From positions 829,253-893,252 of the forward strand of contig NMRA01000127.1 of assembly GCA_002633005.1 (NCBI GenBank): 64,000 nt of DNA, written 5' to 3'. The notes under the pieces are model-generated. The model worked only from the letters and a program-made list of their open reading frames with translations, was not told where the DNA came from and did not search any database. Positions 26,854 through 39,354 of this stretch are shown in pieces; the stretch's first letter is position 1; each line of letters begins with the position of its first letter. A program made the translations under genes and the position numbers. Origin of the DNA: Phoronis australis (lineage: Eukaryota; Animalia; Phoronida).

Positions 26854-27299
26854 TATAATTTTTCATTTATCAACCTTAGAGTCAAGGTGTTGGAACAGCA
26901 ACTGCGACCCGTCTACACTTAGGTTAGATAACTAACCAGTTCATTGATAAAACTGATCATGAATCATTAAGAAATCTACTGCGCAATAAAATCATTACAT
27001 TCCACACACCAAGCTCGATCGACACAAGTCGTCCATTTCCATGTGACGTTGTCGTAAACATTTACTACGTTTAACTTCATGTATATACATGTTTCAGAGA
27101 TTCTCAATAATAAGTGCACTTGAAGAAATGAGAAAGGTGAAAAATGCCATACTTAGAAACTGATGTTTTTCTAAAAGCCTGATCAGGCACTGTATCAAAT
27201 CTGGCTTTCATTGTACATCATGCTAACTACTTTTCAATATGAAATCCTACGCTAATTTATAGATAACGCGTAATGTGAGTTGTTTTTCATTTTGTTCTC

Positions 27300-28110
27300 A
27301 TTTCCAAGTTGATAAAAACAACGATGAATTTAAATCGGCTTGACATGTTTCGACGTTTATTAAGCACCATCCTCACAAGCAAAAACAGTGGCCTTCTTGC
27401 TAAGCCCAACAACAAATAATCTTACACAGATACAATCAGTTACAGTAGAGTAACAATAGACTAGACTACCAATAGACCAGACTATCAATGACAACCTGTG
27501 GTGTGCCAGTTGGCTATCAAGACTGTGCTTTCACCAATTGATAGGTAGAACCTCACGAATTTTCATCTCACTTGATGTTTCTGCTTGGTCTATCCTGTAG
27601 ACAATGCTAACTACAAGTATTTTAAAATGCCCTATGTTGTTAACATTAAAATCGCCAAAACCGTCCAATTTGTTTAACCCTAGAGACAAAATAGTTATGG
27701 GACTACGGTCCAGAGTAGTGTACAAATTTATCTGGATGTGACTCCAGTTCTATTAGCGAAACTAATCGCCATCTGAAAACACGGACAAAGGAATATCTAA
27801 ATTCTGAAAGTTTACATATCAATATTCATCCACAGAGCTCCAATAGGTGTAATGAGCAGTGCTCTTTCAATGACATTGCTATGATAGACCAAGCAGAAAC
27901 AACAAGGAAGCTGAAAAGTCGTGATGCTCTACATGTCAGTTGGTGTAAGTCCAGTCTCAATAAGCAACTGGCACACCAAAGGTTTCCATTGTTAGCCTAG
28001 TCTACTGTTATACGCCTCTGTAACTGCCTGTGTCTTTGTATCATTGCCTGTTGTTGGGCCTACCAAAGTGTCCACTGTTTCTCAGTTAAATCCATCGTTG
28101 TATTTGTAAA
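27300..28110. mobile_element. Inverted pair of Penelope-like element remnants (GIY-YIG C-terminus plus pLTR)
   Basis: 27310-27610 (minus strand) and 27872-28110 (plus strand) are diverged inverted copies. Peptide ..IDQAETSSEMKIREVLPI.. resembles the PLE GIY-YIG tail I.D.A....LKI.E.L.I...P.LN.Q. A hammerhead-like motif lies at 27338-27380. Confidence 0.6.
27338..27380 (-). ncRNA. Degenerate minimal type I hammerhead ribozyme (Penelope pLTR type)
   Basis: Minus strand reads GCTTG-TGAGGA-TG...CGTC-GAAA-CATG-TC-AAGC: stem I GCTT/AAGC, short palindromic stem III CATG, GUC site. The core lacks the C of CUGANGA. Confidence 0.5.
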
Positions 28111-30312
28111 CAAATGCTGCTACTTGCTATCATGGAAATCATTTCGATGTGATTTTATAACCATGGTATATTTATGTAATAAAAAGAAATATCCAAGACA
28201 ACGACGTTCGTTGGTTTCTCCTAAAATCTTGGATGACGCAGCGCATTTGATATTTGATTTCTAGATTTTAGCACCTCCTTGTATAGTCCCCTACTGCAAA
28301 AGAAAACTTCCAATTTGGCGTCTTACTCTTTAAAAGCGTCTTTAGCGCAAGCGAATTTTTTGGTAACATCAACGCCTTACCAATTTGAAGGTAATTAGGG
28401 AAAATGTCTAATAATGTACCGAATCAGCGTGCCGCACGTGTACAGTCCTAAAGCGTCATACTGGTTGCCTTGCGAGAATCTAAACTGCAAATTATGTGAG
28501 CATGAAATTTTAGTTGTTGTCGGATATTACGCTAGACAACCGTATCTGATAATAAAGGGAAAATTGTGATGTACACGTACTGTGTCTTCAAGTGAAGTGT
28601 CTGAATTCGATAAAAAAGCCATTTACAACAAGTTGCCTAAGCTACCAGGAAGTAGTGGATGTGTTTAAAAGATTAACGATGTTATGGTTACCTTTAACGG
28701 CTGCTGCTGTCGTTGTTACTGTAACTGTTATGTTGAAATAAAAATTATCATATAAAAGAGATAGCCGTAATCCGAATGTGAAATTATGATGACCTTGTTC
28801 ATGTTTAGAATTGCCGACAGTGAAAATGCATCGGACGGGGCGTTTGACCATCACGTAACATTGAGACGAGACCCTCCCACCTACTCTGGTAGGCCTACCT
28901 TGCGTAGATATTTCAGTCAGGTCAAAGTCAACCCAAGCACGAACTTTCTTAATTAAGGAATGTTTCATTGCACGCTACTAAATGCAATATACAGAGATGA
29001 CAAGCATATTCATAGAAAACCGTTCAACCCAACGCAAAAACTAAGCCAGATAACCAACAATGTCAGCTTATGGTTTTGCATCTGTAGTCGATTGCTGGAC
29101 GATCACATCCATTTATCCACCCCAATAATTTTGTGTTACGCTTTCTACTACTGCCTTGATCATTGTCTCAGGCAATGATGCAACCGTCTAGTTATACATT
29201 TGCTTGTAGAATGAACACACAGTCCTCGCAAGTTCTTAACTACGGCAAAATAAGAAGCCATGTAAGACTATCTTGACAGTAAGCTCCAGCGGAACGTATA
29301 GTTTTTTTAAAACCCCAATAGATACAGAAAGCCAATAGCTGAACAACTGTTGCAATATCCTCAACTTTATTTCATTTGTGACTTGGTCTTTTGGATGCAG
29401 CAGACGACGCTTTGCCTATTAAGTGCTACGTCGAAAGATGGCGTTGGTTTCAAGACGTGTTGTGTAATTTGTGGCTACATCAGGAGTCGATATTTGGCAA
29501 CCCTAAGACACATTTCGTATGACCAACTGCAATTTGACATAATACAAAAGTCCTCAAAGTTTGCCGAGTTTGGACGGACGGAGATCTTTTCTTTTTGTCT
29601 GAATGAGTGACCAGATGGTCCTTGGGGCCAAAAGAAAGTTTTTAGTTTAAACGCCAAACCAGCGACAACTGTCTCGTTTGTTCCGACCAAATTTGAAAAC
29701 CGATCAAAAACATTCATTTACCTGTAGGGGGCTAGGCCTACATTCTTTCACCCACTATATGTAACGCTGCGCCAATATCCAGAATTAGGGGCATCATCGA
29801 CCATATTTGCGTTAACAGGCAGTTTTAATATCAGTCGAAATCCGTCACCGACAAGTTTAATCGCTTGTTTTTCGTCCGATAACCATTACGTCGAAAGACA
29901 ACATAGCCCAATCAGAACTCTCGGATTGGACGTTCTTAGATAAAGCCCCTAATTACAAGAAAACAAGACGTATACTCTTCTGCGGGTACTCTCATAGCAG
30001 AAGTTTACCGGACATGCCGCTCCGATAGATTACTTTCACTACTTTCCCTGCTACAGCGTGACTTTTTTGACAAGATTCCCTGTAAAAGTGTGATAATGAA
30101 ACTCTAAGAAAAGCGTTCTCTTCCACTTAGATAACCTGTAGCAAGTTTTTACAAAATCTGAATTCATAAACTTTGATTGTAAAAGTTAGACTATTTTTTT
30201 TTCTAAATATGTCTTCTGTATTGCTTCAAGCTGGCCAAAAACCTCTAGAAAAGGGTTAGGATTACGGAATTAACTTTTAAGTAGTCCACTCTCCAAATGG
30301 ATAGGTATCGTA

Positions 30313-31847
30313 AGTAGTACAGTAAGAGGTTTAGGAGTCTTATTTTGCGGCTCCTCGGGTCAAAGGTCATAGGTCAAAGGGTAAAGGTCAAATGTCGCGT
30401 GATATTACTGCAATCGGAAGGGATACCATCCGCCTACCGGACGGATGTGTCAATGACGTCACACTTCATGACGTAATACGTTTATTTGGACCCGTTGGAG
30501 ATGCACCTCGATCCAAGGTCAAAGGTCATCCATTTGAAAGGAAAAGGTTAAAGGTCACATGGAATAACTGCAATCGGAAGGGACACCATACGCCTACCGG
30601 ACGGATGTGTCAATGACGTTACACCTCTTGACGTAATAGGTTTAATTGGACCCGTTAGAGAGGCACCTCAATGCCCGTTTTGCGGCTCCTAGCAACGGAT
30701 CGAGAATCGAAACAAAAGAGGGATGCTGAATAAGAACAAAACTTATTTCGTGTGCGCCGAGTGTCATCGTTGTATATTGTGTGTTCTGCCTCATATATCA
30801 AAAAAGGCGTATACAAAAGGGGGTAACCACCCAACTCAACAACAGATGTCGCGTAAAGTCTAACCCAGGCCCCGACGGTACTAAGAGAATCGTACTCATA
30901 ATACTAATCATAAGAAGCGACCAGCTAACACAGAACATAAAACTTATAGCGTTTAAACGTGTATTAATGACAAACCAACACTACAAAAATCATCATTCGA
31001 ATATAAAATCATCAAAACGTTCAGAAAAGTAGTATATAGCAAATTTATCAAATGTCCGAATTAAATGTTCAAAGGTCCAGTGGTGACGCCGTCGTCGAAC
31101 ACTTGTCGTTTGGGATAAAAGTAGTTGAACGCGCATCTCTCTTGCATGTAGGTATAATAGTGTTATCACCGCCTAACCGGAATCTTTTGTTTAGGGCCGA
31201 GCTACTCTTTGTGGTCTGTAATACTTTCAGATACCTCGCCTTGTCGATTGCATTTCTTTGTCTTTGCACTCCTTTACAGCTAAAATGAGATCGACCGTCG
31301 TCCGCTTCCACGTAGTATGTTTTAGAGCAAAGGGCGATGCAGTAGTCCCCTTCAAATTCCAGTTTCAATAAGCCGGGTGTGCGCGTGTCGTAAGCTTCGT
31401 TTTCTTCCGTGTCCGTTCGCGGAAACCAAAGATGTTTTTCCCTCTCGAAAGCTGCTCGCATGTCAGGTTTAATTACGTCCTCAAGACAGTTACCGGATAT
31501 AGCCATGTACGCCGAGTCCGTGTCCATTTCGCAATATTCGAAATCGGATCTGTCGACGAATCTTAACATGAAGTCGTAGTAAAACTCCAACATGCGTACT
31601 GATAAACGAAAAAGCCTATTTGAAGCGGCAGGTTCAGGCGGATGGTCTTCTTTTTCATCTCCAATTCGTAGGTTCCGTCCCCGATGTAGTTGACGTGTCT
31701 AAATTCCGGGAATTGGACTTCCCGTTAAGCCTTAGCCTCCCCGCAATACTTTACGTCACGATGTCTTTCTTGATTCGTTACCGTCTTACCATACGCGCTG
31801 TTCCCTATGAGTTTCATCGTCTGCACCACGATCGCTTTGTTTTTATC
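30313..31847 (-). mobile_element. Polinton/Maverick (adintovirus-like) terminal fragment
   Basis: AGTAGT terminus at 30313, subterminal AAGGTCA repeats and a ~160-bp direct repeat (30408 and 30568), then the 3' part of a protein-primed polymerase gene oriented towards the terminus. Confidence 0.85.
31061..31847 (-). pseudogene. Protein-primed family B DNA polymerase (pPolB) C-terminal relic
   Basis: Motif B KLIGNSAYGK (from 31817), motif C EMDTDS, SKTYY, SCKG and, after a frameshift, the C-terminus YFYPKRQVFDDGVTTGPLNI*. Frameshifted and 5'-truncated. Confidence 0.9.
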
Positions 31848-33987
31848 TTACGAGCGTAAATTAAATTACAGGAGTGTCACCGTACAATTACGCTCGTAAA
31901 TTAAATGGGGGAAAGTTTCGCCGTAAAATTACGCTCGTAATTACGAGCGTAAGTTACCGGTAAATTGCAAAAGTGTTGCAGTAAAATTACGCCCGTAAAT
32001 TAAATGGGCGAAATGTCGCCGTAAGTTACACTCGTAAAATACCTTAAAGGAGAATGCCACCCGATTTAATTGGTCTTTTTTGCGGTCTTAATCGGTCTAT
32101 ATCCACATCGCCTTGCATACGGTCGACCTTAACTTGCCAAGAGGCGTTAACCTGTGAGGAAGGTGAGAAACGACGCTAGCGACGTCAGTGGTTAATATGC
32201 AGAGTGAATGCCGCTATGTTGCGGTGCATCGTTCCCGATTGTCCGAACTAAGCAGCTGCGAGGAAAGCGGGTATATCGTTTTTTTACTTCCTCGAGAGTC
32301 CGAAATGCTTAGGAAGTGGATCATGGTAGTGAAGAATGAAATGTACGCTGTAAATAGCAAGTATGAGGCCGTGTCTGTGGCCTGCAGACGTCGACAGGGC
32401 CTGACGAATGCCGGCTTAACAAATAACTCCATACGTTCTGTTGTCTGAGCTTGTTCACGGCGCCTCTCTAGTATTTCTTCATCACTGTATTCCTGTTCGA
32501 ATTGATAGCCTGTAAAACTTAACGATCCACGTGCGAAGTCGGGACTGATGAGCCCTAGCTCGTCCTAAGTCGGGATTGCGACTGAGTTGCCATGTTGGCG
32601 TTCATTACTGAGCGTTCTGTTTCAAAATGAATTATTCTCACCCTAACCAATACTTATATAAAACTGAAACAAAGTCTGTCTCATTAGATGCAATTTGTTA
32701 TGCCTTTGGAGTGTTCGTGAGTGCAAATGATTTGAGAAGCCAGCAATGAATAAATCACTGCGTTACCGGCTTTAGGTGCAATAAAACTAACTGACCGGGG
32801 ACACCGAGGCCGTGTGAGCTCATGCTAATTTAGTGTTTGCTGGCAGAAACTGTTGTGAAACAACTCGATTTCCATCCCACGGCCAGGTGTTAGGGGAATC
32901 TTTATTTACATTTACATTACTCAAATAATCATTGTCAATGTATAACTTCTGCCCTGACGGTACTGTGGCCAAAGCGGAACCTGAATTCCCGGCCCCCGAC
33001 GAGTAAGTAGATTTGCAGTTTCGTGACTAATTCACCAACATAATCAGGTGCACATTACTTTGGCTCACTAGATAGAATTTTCTTGACTGGGAGTTTAGTT
33101 TCCACTTAACTTTGGCTTCTTTATGTTCATGATGTCTGATTAGTTTCCGAGCCACGGCCGGGATAACAAGCGTTTTGTGTTTAAAAAATAAAAAATCAAA
33201 AGTCTAAACAACACAGATCTAGGTTCTCCTGTCTGTATCTCACCGAAAATACTTTGAAATTATCTCCGAACAGACCCCAAACTCCTGCTACGGACCTTAT
33301 TGGCCTGCCGAACTTTGTAGGCTACGGTGTGTCCAAATATGTTTATATGTATATATGTGTTTTTATAAGAGCTCGGTGTATTTTTAACGGTTTTACATCG
33401 AAGTTTGATGATTTATTGGTGTTAAACGATGACTTCAACCGATAAGCTGACACCAGTAACCCGTGTTGTGAATTGCTGAACAGACTGCGTGTGAAACCGA
33501 TGACGTCATTGGATAATTTCAACACCTCCGTCTGCCATCAGGTGTCATGTAACGCAACCGTACGTGTCGTTATGGGGTAGAACTACTCGATCTAAATTGA
33601 TACAGATTAGGTTGTTTTTTGGGTGACATACTCCTTTAAGAAAGTTCCAAATTTAAACCAATCAGTGATGATCTAAGATACACGACTGTTGCTAGGCAGT
33701 TCTTGCACAATCGCTGACATGGCAGCAGCGATTTGATCCGCCATGATTCAGAGCTCGTATCGTAGACATGAAATCCGTCAGTAATTAAGTATTTCCATGA
33801 GCGCGCACGATCGTGGATTGAAAAACCCAACGTCATTGGCTAAGAATTTAAACTAAATTACGAGCGTAATTTTACGCCGTAAAGAATTAAATTACGCTCG
33901 TAATTTTACGGCATAATTAACAGCGTAATGTACACAATTACGCTCGTATTTTTCCGGCGACACTTTCCCCCCAACGGCCCATCATAG
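31848..33987. mobile_element. Second copy of the 155-750 MITE, left TIR lost, interrupted by a Kolobok element
   Basis: 31848-32043 matches ~205-380 and 33636-33987 matches ~383-750, including the right TIR ...CGGCCCATCATAG. Confidence 0.9.
32048..33635 (+). mobile_element. Non-autonomous Kolobok-type DNA transposon with a THAP-like remnant
   Basis: TTAA TSDs (32044-32047, 33636-33639); TIRs AGGAGAATGCCACCC / GGGTGACATACTCCT (13/15); single TTAA at the empty site (~383). Peptide GYIVFLLPRESEMLRKWIMVV is THAP-like. Confidence 0.85.
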
Positions 33988-34428
33988 ATCTGATTCGTCT
34001 GTAAGCCAAAGGTCGTCATTGAGGAACAATCTGGGTTGAGTGTCGTAAACCAAAATACATCAGCTTGTACTTGGGCGGGAAATCTTGGCTGAGGGAACAA
34101 AATCATTGACTTCAATCCCACATTTAAACACGTCATTCTCGCCGAACAATTTACTTCAGTGGCTGCCATTTTGCTGACTTAAGCCAGTGGGTGTTTGAGC
34201 AAACTCGCAAAACGCTTGATTTTGCAATATCTTGCGAGATCATGCTTTTCTTGCAAGAAACTAGGTTTATAGAACGCTCTCAAGGTGCCCGTTCTGTAGA
34301 CTCAATACACTAGCGAATACGCAAAATCACGAAATGTTTCGGGAGATAACGCCATGCAGTACATGCAAAGCACGTAATCATATTAGCATTACTCGCGAGT
34401 TTCTTGCGTCAGCAGAAGAAAGTCTGGT

Positions 34429-34800
34429 GCCCGGTTGCACGAAACAGTCCTAAATAGAGGCTCTGAGCTCCCTTAATTGAATTTGTGTTATTCTTTACTC
34501 ACAGATGTAATCTTTTTCTCTCTTTGTTATGAGCTCCTCTTTAGCTAATAGCAATTTTCAACCACTGAAATCGGAGCCCTTAGCTCAATGAAAATTTATA
34601 GAAGCTCAGTCCTTAATTAGGGATTTGCATTGAAAATTCAACATAGGATTCATTCTCAATTTGTATCAAAGCCAAAAACTGACTTAGTAATGAAACTAAA
34701 ACTGTATTATATGGGACAATCAGTACTTCCACGCGCCCACAAATACACAGTAGTATTAGGGTACTTGGTCGAATCCCAGTCTGCCACTGTTTCATGTAGA
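34429..34800. mobile_element. MITE related to 46865-47255 (right TIR decayed)
   Basis: Starts GCCCGGTTGCACGAAACAGTCC and shares internal blocks (GAGCTCCTCTTT, AATTAGGG) with the 46.9-kb copy. Confidence 0.65.
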
Positions 34801-37800
34801 TATCTTAGCCTGGCTCAGCCTAGTCCCCATGCCTCACTATTGCGCTGATAGATTTAGCCATTGAGGCATGGTGAGGAAATATCCCTTTTGTGGGCTGATT
34901 GGCCGTGGGCGACATTTACTGCTGACAAGAGCGACACGAGAAACCTTCGAACATTCTAATCTCTGAATACTTCTAAAATACCAGTTGTTAAAGACTCTTG
35001 TCCTTACTTCTTTGTTGTGATAAATTTGATAATTTGTTCCAGAAACTAAACAAGATCCAAACGCGTTGTTATTGCTACACGATTCCAAATTTCGGAAGCA
35101 GAAAATATTGCCTTCGTTATTGTTTGAAGTAAAAGGTGCTCGCGTACTTATTGTCAATTCTGCTTTATTGAAAGCACTATAGAAATTATCCTGCTTTAAA
35201 TTCAAATACACCATTTTTTACAATGATCTAATCCTAATTTGCTGCATTCATACATCTTATTTTGATTTTTGTATTATACTACAGCAATATATTTATATAA
35301 CCTAATATCACTTGTGATATTGCGGCGATTTCTCCACACCAAGACTCAAATGGTTAAACCGATCTGCGCCATCTTGAAGCTTTTGGACGAGGCTGAGCCG
35401 GGCTGTGATCTGCCAGATGCACGAATCTCTAGTGCAACTGGAGTTGTCACATGCTTCGCTTACAAAGCTTGGCGATGTCTCACGCCTTGTGAGATCCGGC
35501 GTTTTCATGAACTTCTTGCGATTTCGGAAACCTGCTTCACTTGATCTGGCGTAACCGGCCAAATGAATTAAGTGCAGCCAAGGGAATAGCGGTTCAAAAG
35601 TATGACGACTGCCGTGAAAAAACTTTAAAAGGGTTCACTGAGTTGATTCAAACGGAATCTGGCTAAAGTAGTGCGCCATTAATCAAAGTGAAAGCTCCTG
35701 GTGGGAAACTATAGGAGGAGCGATATATTCCCCGTGATGCATCGTGGAAAATGGAGTTATCACGCAATAACATTTTAGAAGTACCTATACATGTATAACA
35801 TATGTAGATATATATAATAGGTAAAATAAATGCAGAAGTCAACGAAGGTACGCCTAGAGGAATAGCGGAGTTGCAGCCGAATCGATTTAACGATTGCGCA
35901 TGTCCGGAAATAAGGGTGCGCAAAGGCTATTGGGATTGATAAGGGTAAATGGAATGGCCGATTGGTTTGCATGACGTGTGATTTGTGTGCATTAAACTAC
36001 GCTGCTGTGTGCAATTCTGCCGCTATTCGCCTTAATAAGCGCCCATGCCCCAACAAGTGCCCCAACGCGTTTTCAGACTTTGCTAAAGTAAGCGCCCAGC
36101 CCATGAACTACATGCGAAAAATGCCCTTACCTACAATTCTAACATCTCCAATTTATCAATTGAAAGATCCGACAGTCCTGAATTTGTAGACCACGAGCCT
36201 CACCGTTATGTGCGTATACACTTCAAACTTACGCCGCGATTCAAAAACAACGCAGAAGTTTTGCTGCTCTTGCGAGGGATGTGCCCCACTACTCGGGTGT
36301 GGACTTTGAAAAGAGATGCAGCGTACTTGTCAGTGGCCTTGCATTGTTTCTTTCCGGTACAGATCTTCTCCGGCCTCAACAGGAATCCAAACTTCTTTGT
36401 ACACGTGAAAACCGTGAATCGAAGACTAATAAAAAAATCGACCAGTGTTAGCACGCGGCCAAGAAGCGCGCGCTGCATAATGTACCGGCTGTCATCGAAG
36501 ACATTTAGTCGGGAACTATCTATTCATGAAACGGGTAACAAAGCATCGGCAAATAAATATTGGCACTAATTTTTGAAAGTTTCTAATACCGTAAAGAACT
36601 TTTGCATTTTTGTTAAGAGAAATTATTTAACTAATCGTTATTGGTGTTTTTAAGGACAAAAGGACCCACTTCGCACCCTTACACCCCAAATCTTCCGGAA
36701 AATAGCTGTTACACTACGGTCACGCATTCACTCACCCGACGACTCAATGAGTGACATATCGGTCTTACCGAAAAAATTCTCGAACGTTTTTTAGAAGATG
36801 AGGCCAGCAAGTGCTAAGCTAAATATTAAAACACGCTCTGCTTGACTGCTTGACTTAATTTCTTTGGATACAATGCACACCTAGATCATTACATTACCCT
36901 GGCAAATGAACTCTGATGACAAGCACACACACGCTTACTGTCACACACACGCATACAAACTTCAAAACAAACGTCACGTGACGACAACATGTGTGTTCCT
37001 CCAGAGATTTATATTGTGTTGCGGGCTGCAATCTAGCGCAGATTTGGACTCCAGACTCCACAAGAACTTAAAAATCTTAGAGATGCTATTTGGAAGACTT
37101 GAGGAGGATTTCAGGTAATTTGTTGAGTCGAAGCTGTATTCTTATTCAAGAATTCAAACCCTATCGAAGATTGCGAGACCGGCAGCTACACATTTGTTGG
37201 CAAGATTTCGCCCTGGGATTTCCAACACAATTTTATGAAAAATGATCGTAATTTAACAACGAATTTTGATAGCAGTGCACCACAATTTTGTAGAAAGTAA
37301 ATAATAATATTCTGAACGCTTTATCCTAGCGCGTAATACATATAGTGAGCGTACGTTAAGTGTGTTGACCCAGAACAGGTGATTTTGCGGAGGCATTATC
37401 CTCAAAATTGCTCATGTTGGCTTGGTTCCGGTCAAGCGAAAACAAGTTTTTTTTCACTACCAACCGCCGTAGAGTATTTTGTTATTGTTTCTTTGAAGGG
37501 AGATATTGTTGGGCAGTTTCCAAGATACGTTTTCTTCAGTTGCCGCCCTCAAAATGAGCGCTGCATACTTTATGCTACCAAGTCGGAAAGAATTCACGAA
37601 GTCGGTCTTTGTTACCAGCTCTACTAATGTCTCTGACCCATGTTTAACGCAGTTCTTGATCCTTGGGAAATAGGTAGTCACTAAATTTTTTATCTCGCTA
37701 ACTGGTATTATAGCATGCCAGGCACACAACACGTAGGTCTATAACCTCCCTGTGGCCGGCCCCCACGCTTGCCGACGTACTTGTTTACCAGCTTAACCAC

Positions 37801-38161
37801 AATGCAACATTCTGACCCATTTCCAATATGGCGGCGTTGCAACTCCGCTATTAGAAGGGTATAACCGGCTTAGCGGCCGAAAACGCATTTTGGAATGATG
37901 CAGCCTTTTCGAAGTTCTTAGTTTTGATGGGAACTATGAAAGATAATTTATTTTGCGTTCTTGAAGTCGTCTCACAGCCATTCGCTGAAACCAATGTCGG
38001 TGACTTAACCTGTTAAATAGCTGCCATCTATCAAGTGGGGTTTATCTCTCTGCCAGCATAGTGTTGGGTTGTGGCCGCTGAGGTTGTGAGGAGTTGATCT
38101 CAGAAAAGTACCTTTCTCGCCTTTCTTGTCACTTTAATTCCCACACAATCTTCTTTTGTAG

Positions 38162-39354
38162 TTTTTTCGTCACCCGCTTATGGAGCACCAGATGCAAGGT
38201 CATATGGGATGCTGCTCATTGTACTCTCAAGACTGCCGCGAGTTGCATTAGCTACTACAACGGACAATATCGCTGCCGTTACTACACCCACGATGCTAAG
38301 TGCTTCAAAACAAACAACAACTTTGACAATTAACATTTCACGTGCACCATCCAAAGTAACAAATGCAACAAACACAACACCTTTGACAGCTAACATTACA
38401 TCTGCACCATCCAAAGTAACAAATGCAACAAACACAACACCTTTGACAACTAACCTTACACCTGAACCATCCAAAGTAACAAATGCAACAAACACAACAA
38501 CTTTGACAACTAACCTTACACCTGCACCATCCAAAGTAACAAATGCAACAAACACAACAACTTTGACAACTAAAATTACACTTGTACCATCCACAGTGAT
38601 ATCTGAATCATCCAAAGTAACAAATGCAACAAACACAACAACTTTGACAACTAACCTTACACCTGCACCATCCAAAGTAACAAATGCAACAAACACAACA
38701 ACTTTGACAGCTAAAATTACACTTGCACCATCCACAGTGATATCTGGACCATCCAAAGTAACAAATGCAACAAACACAACAACTTTGACAACTAACATTA
38801 CACTAGCACCATCCAAAGTAACAAATGCAACAAACACAACAACTTTGACAACTAAAATTACACTTGCACCATCCAAAGTAACAAATGCAACAAACACAAC
38901 TTTAACAACTAACATTACATCTGCACCATCCAAATTAACAACTGTATCAAATCCGACAACTTTGAAAACTAACATTACACTTGCCTCATCCACAGTGATA
39001 TCTGAACAAAACTCAACAATCAGTGATGTCAATACATCTTCGACATCCAACGCGTCCTCGACAACAGGAAACCACACTATAACACAGAATCCAGTAAGTC
39101 TCTACAACACCACTCCACCAAACGAACCATCAGCAGGTCTGAGCGGCGGTGAGATAGCAGCCATCAGTGTATGCAGTGTGCTGGCGGGAATTGCGGTTGT
39201 CGCTGGTGCTATTATCCTTTTCGTCAAGAAGCCGTGTTGCAAGACTGGTGTATCTCCGGAAAAAGAAAATGAACAGGGAAATTCGTTTCGATTGCAAGAC
39301 CATGAAAATAGTGAAAAGACAGATCATCTGGAAATAGACAAAGAAAAGGTGTAG
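38162..39354 (+). CDS. Gene A, unit 2: mucin-like type I membrane glycoprotein with a 20-aa N-glycan-rich tandem repeat
   Basis: 381-aa ORF from ATG 38209, open back to the acceptor at 38161. Nine PSKVTNATNTT..T.I/LT units (60 bp). TM GLSGGEIAAISVCSVLAGIAVVAGAIILFV followed by KKPCCK. The 3' end may be spliced at AAG|GTGTAG. Confidence 0.85.
38347..38990 (+). repeat. 60-bp coding minisatellite (9 copies plus one degenerate)
   Basis: CCATCCAAAGTAACAAATGCAACAAACACAACA recurs every 60 or 81 bp. Confidence 0.95.

Noticed and set aside
38347-38990. Regularly spaced repeats resembling a CRISPR array (also 13215-13390, 53237-53452)
   Set aside because: Intervening sequences are themselves repeats, the context is eukaryotic and there are no cas genes.
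38178-39077. Long antisense Val-rich ORFs opposite the mucins (also 11106-11897, 48083-48601, 50364-50750)
   Set aside because: Expected by-product of ACA/ACN-rich repetitive sense codons; no independent coding evidence.
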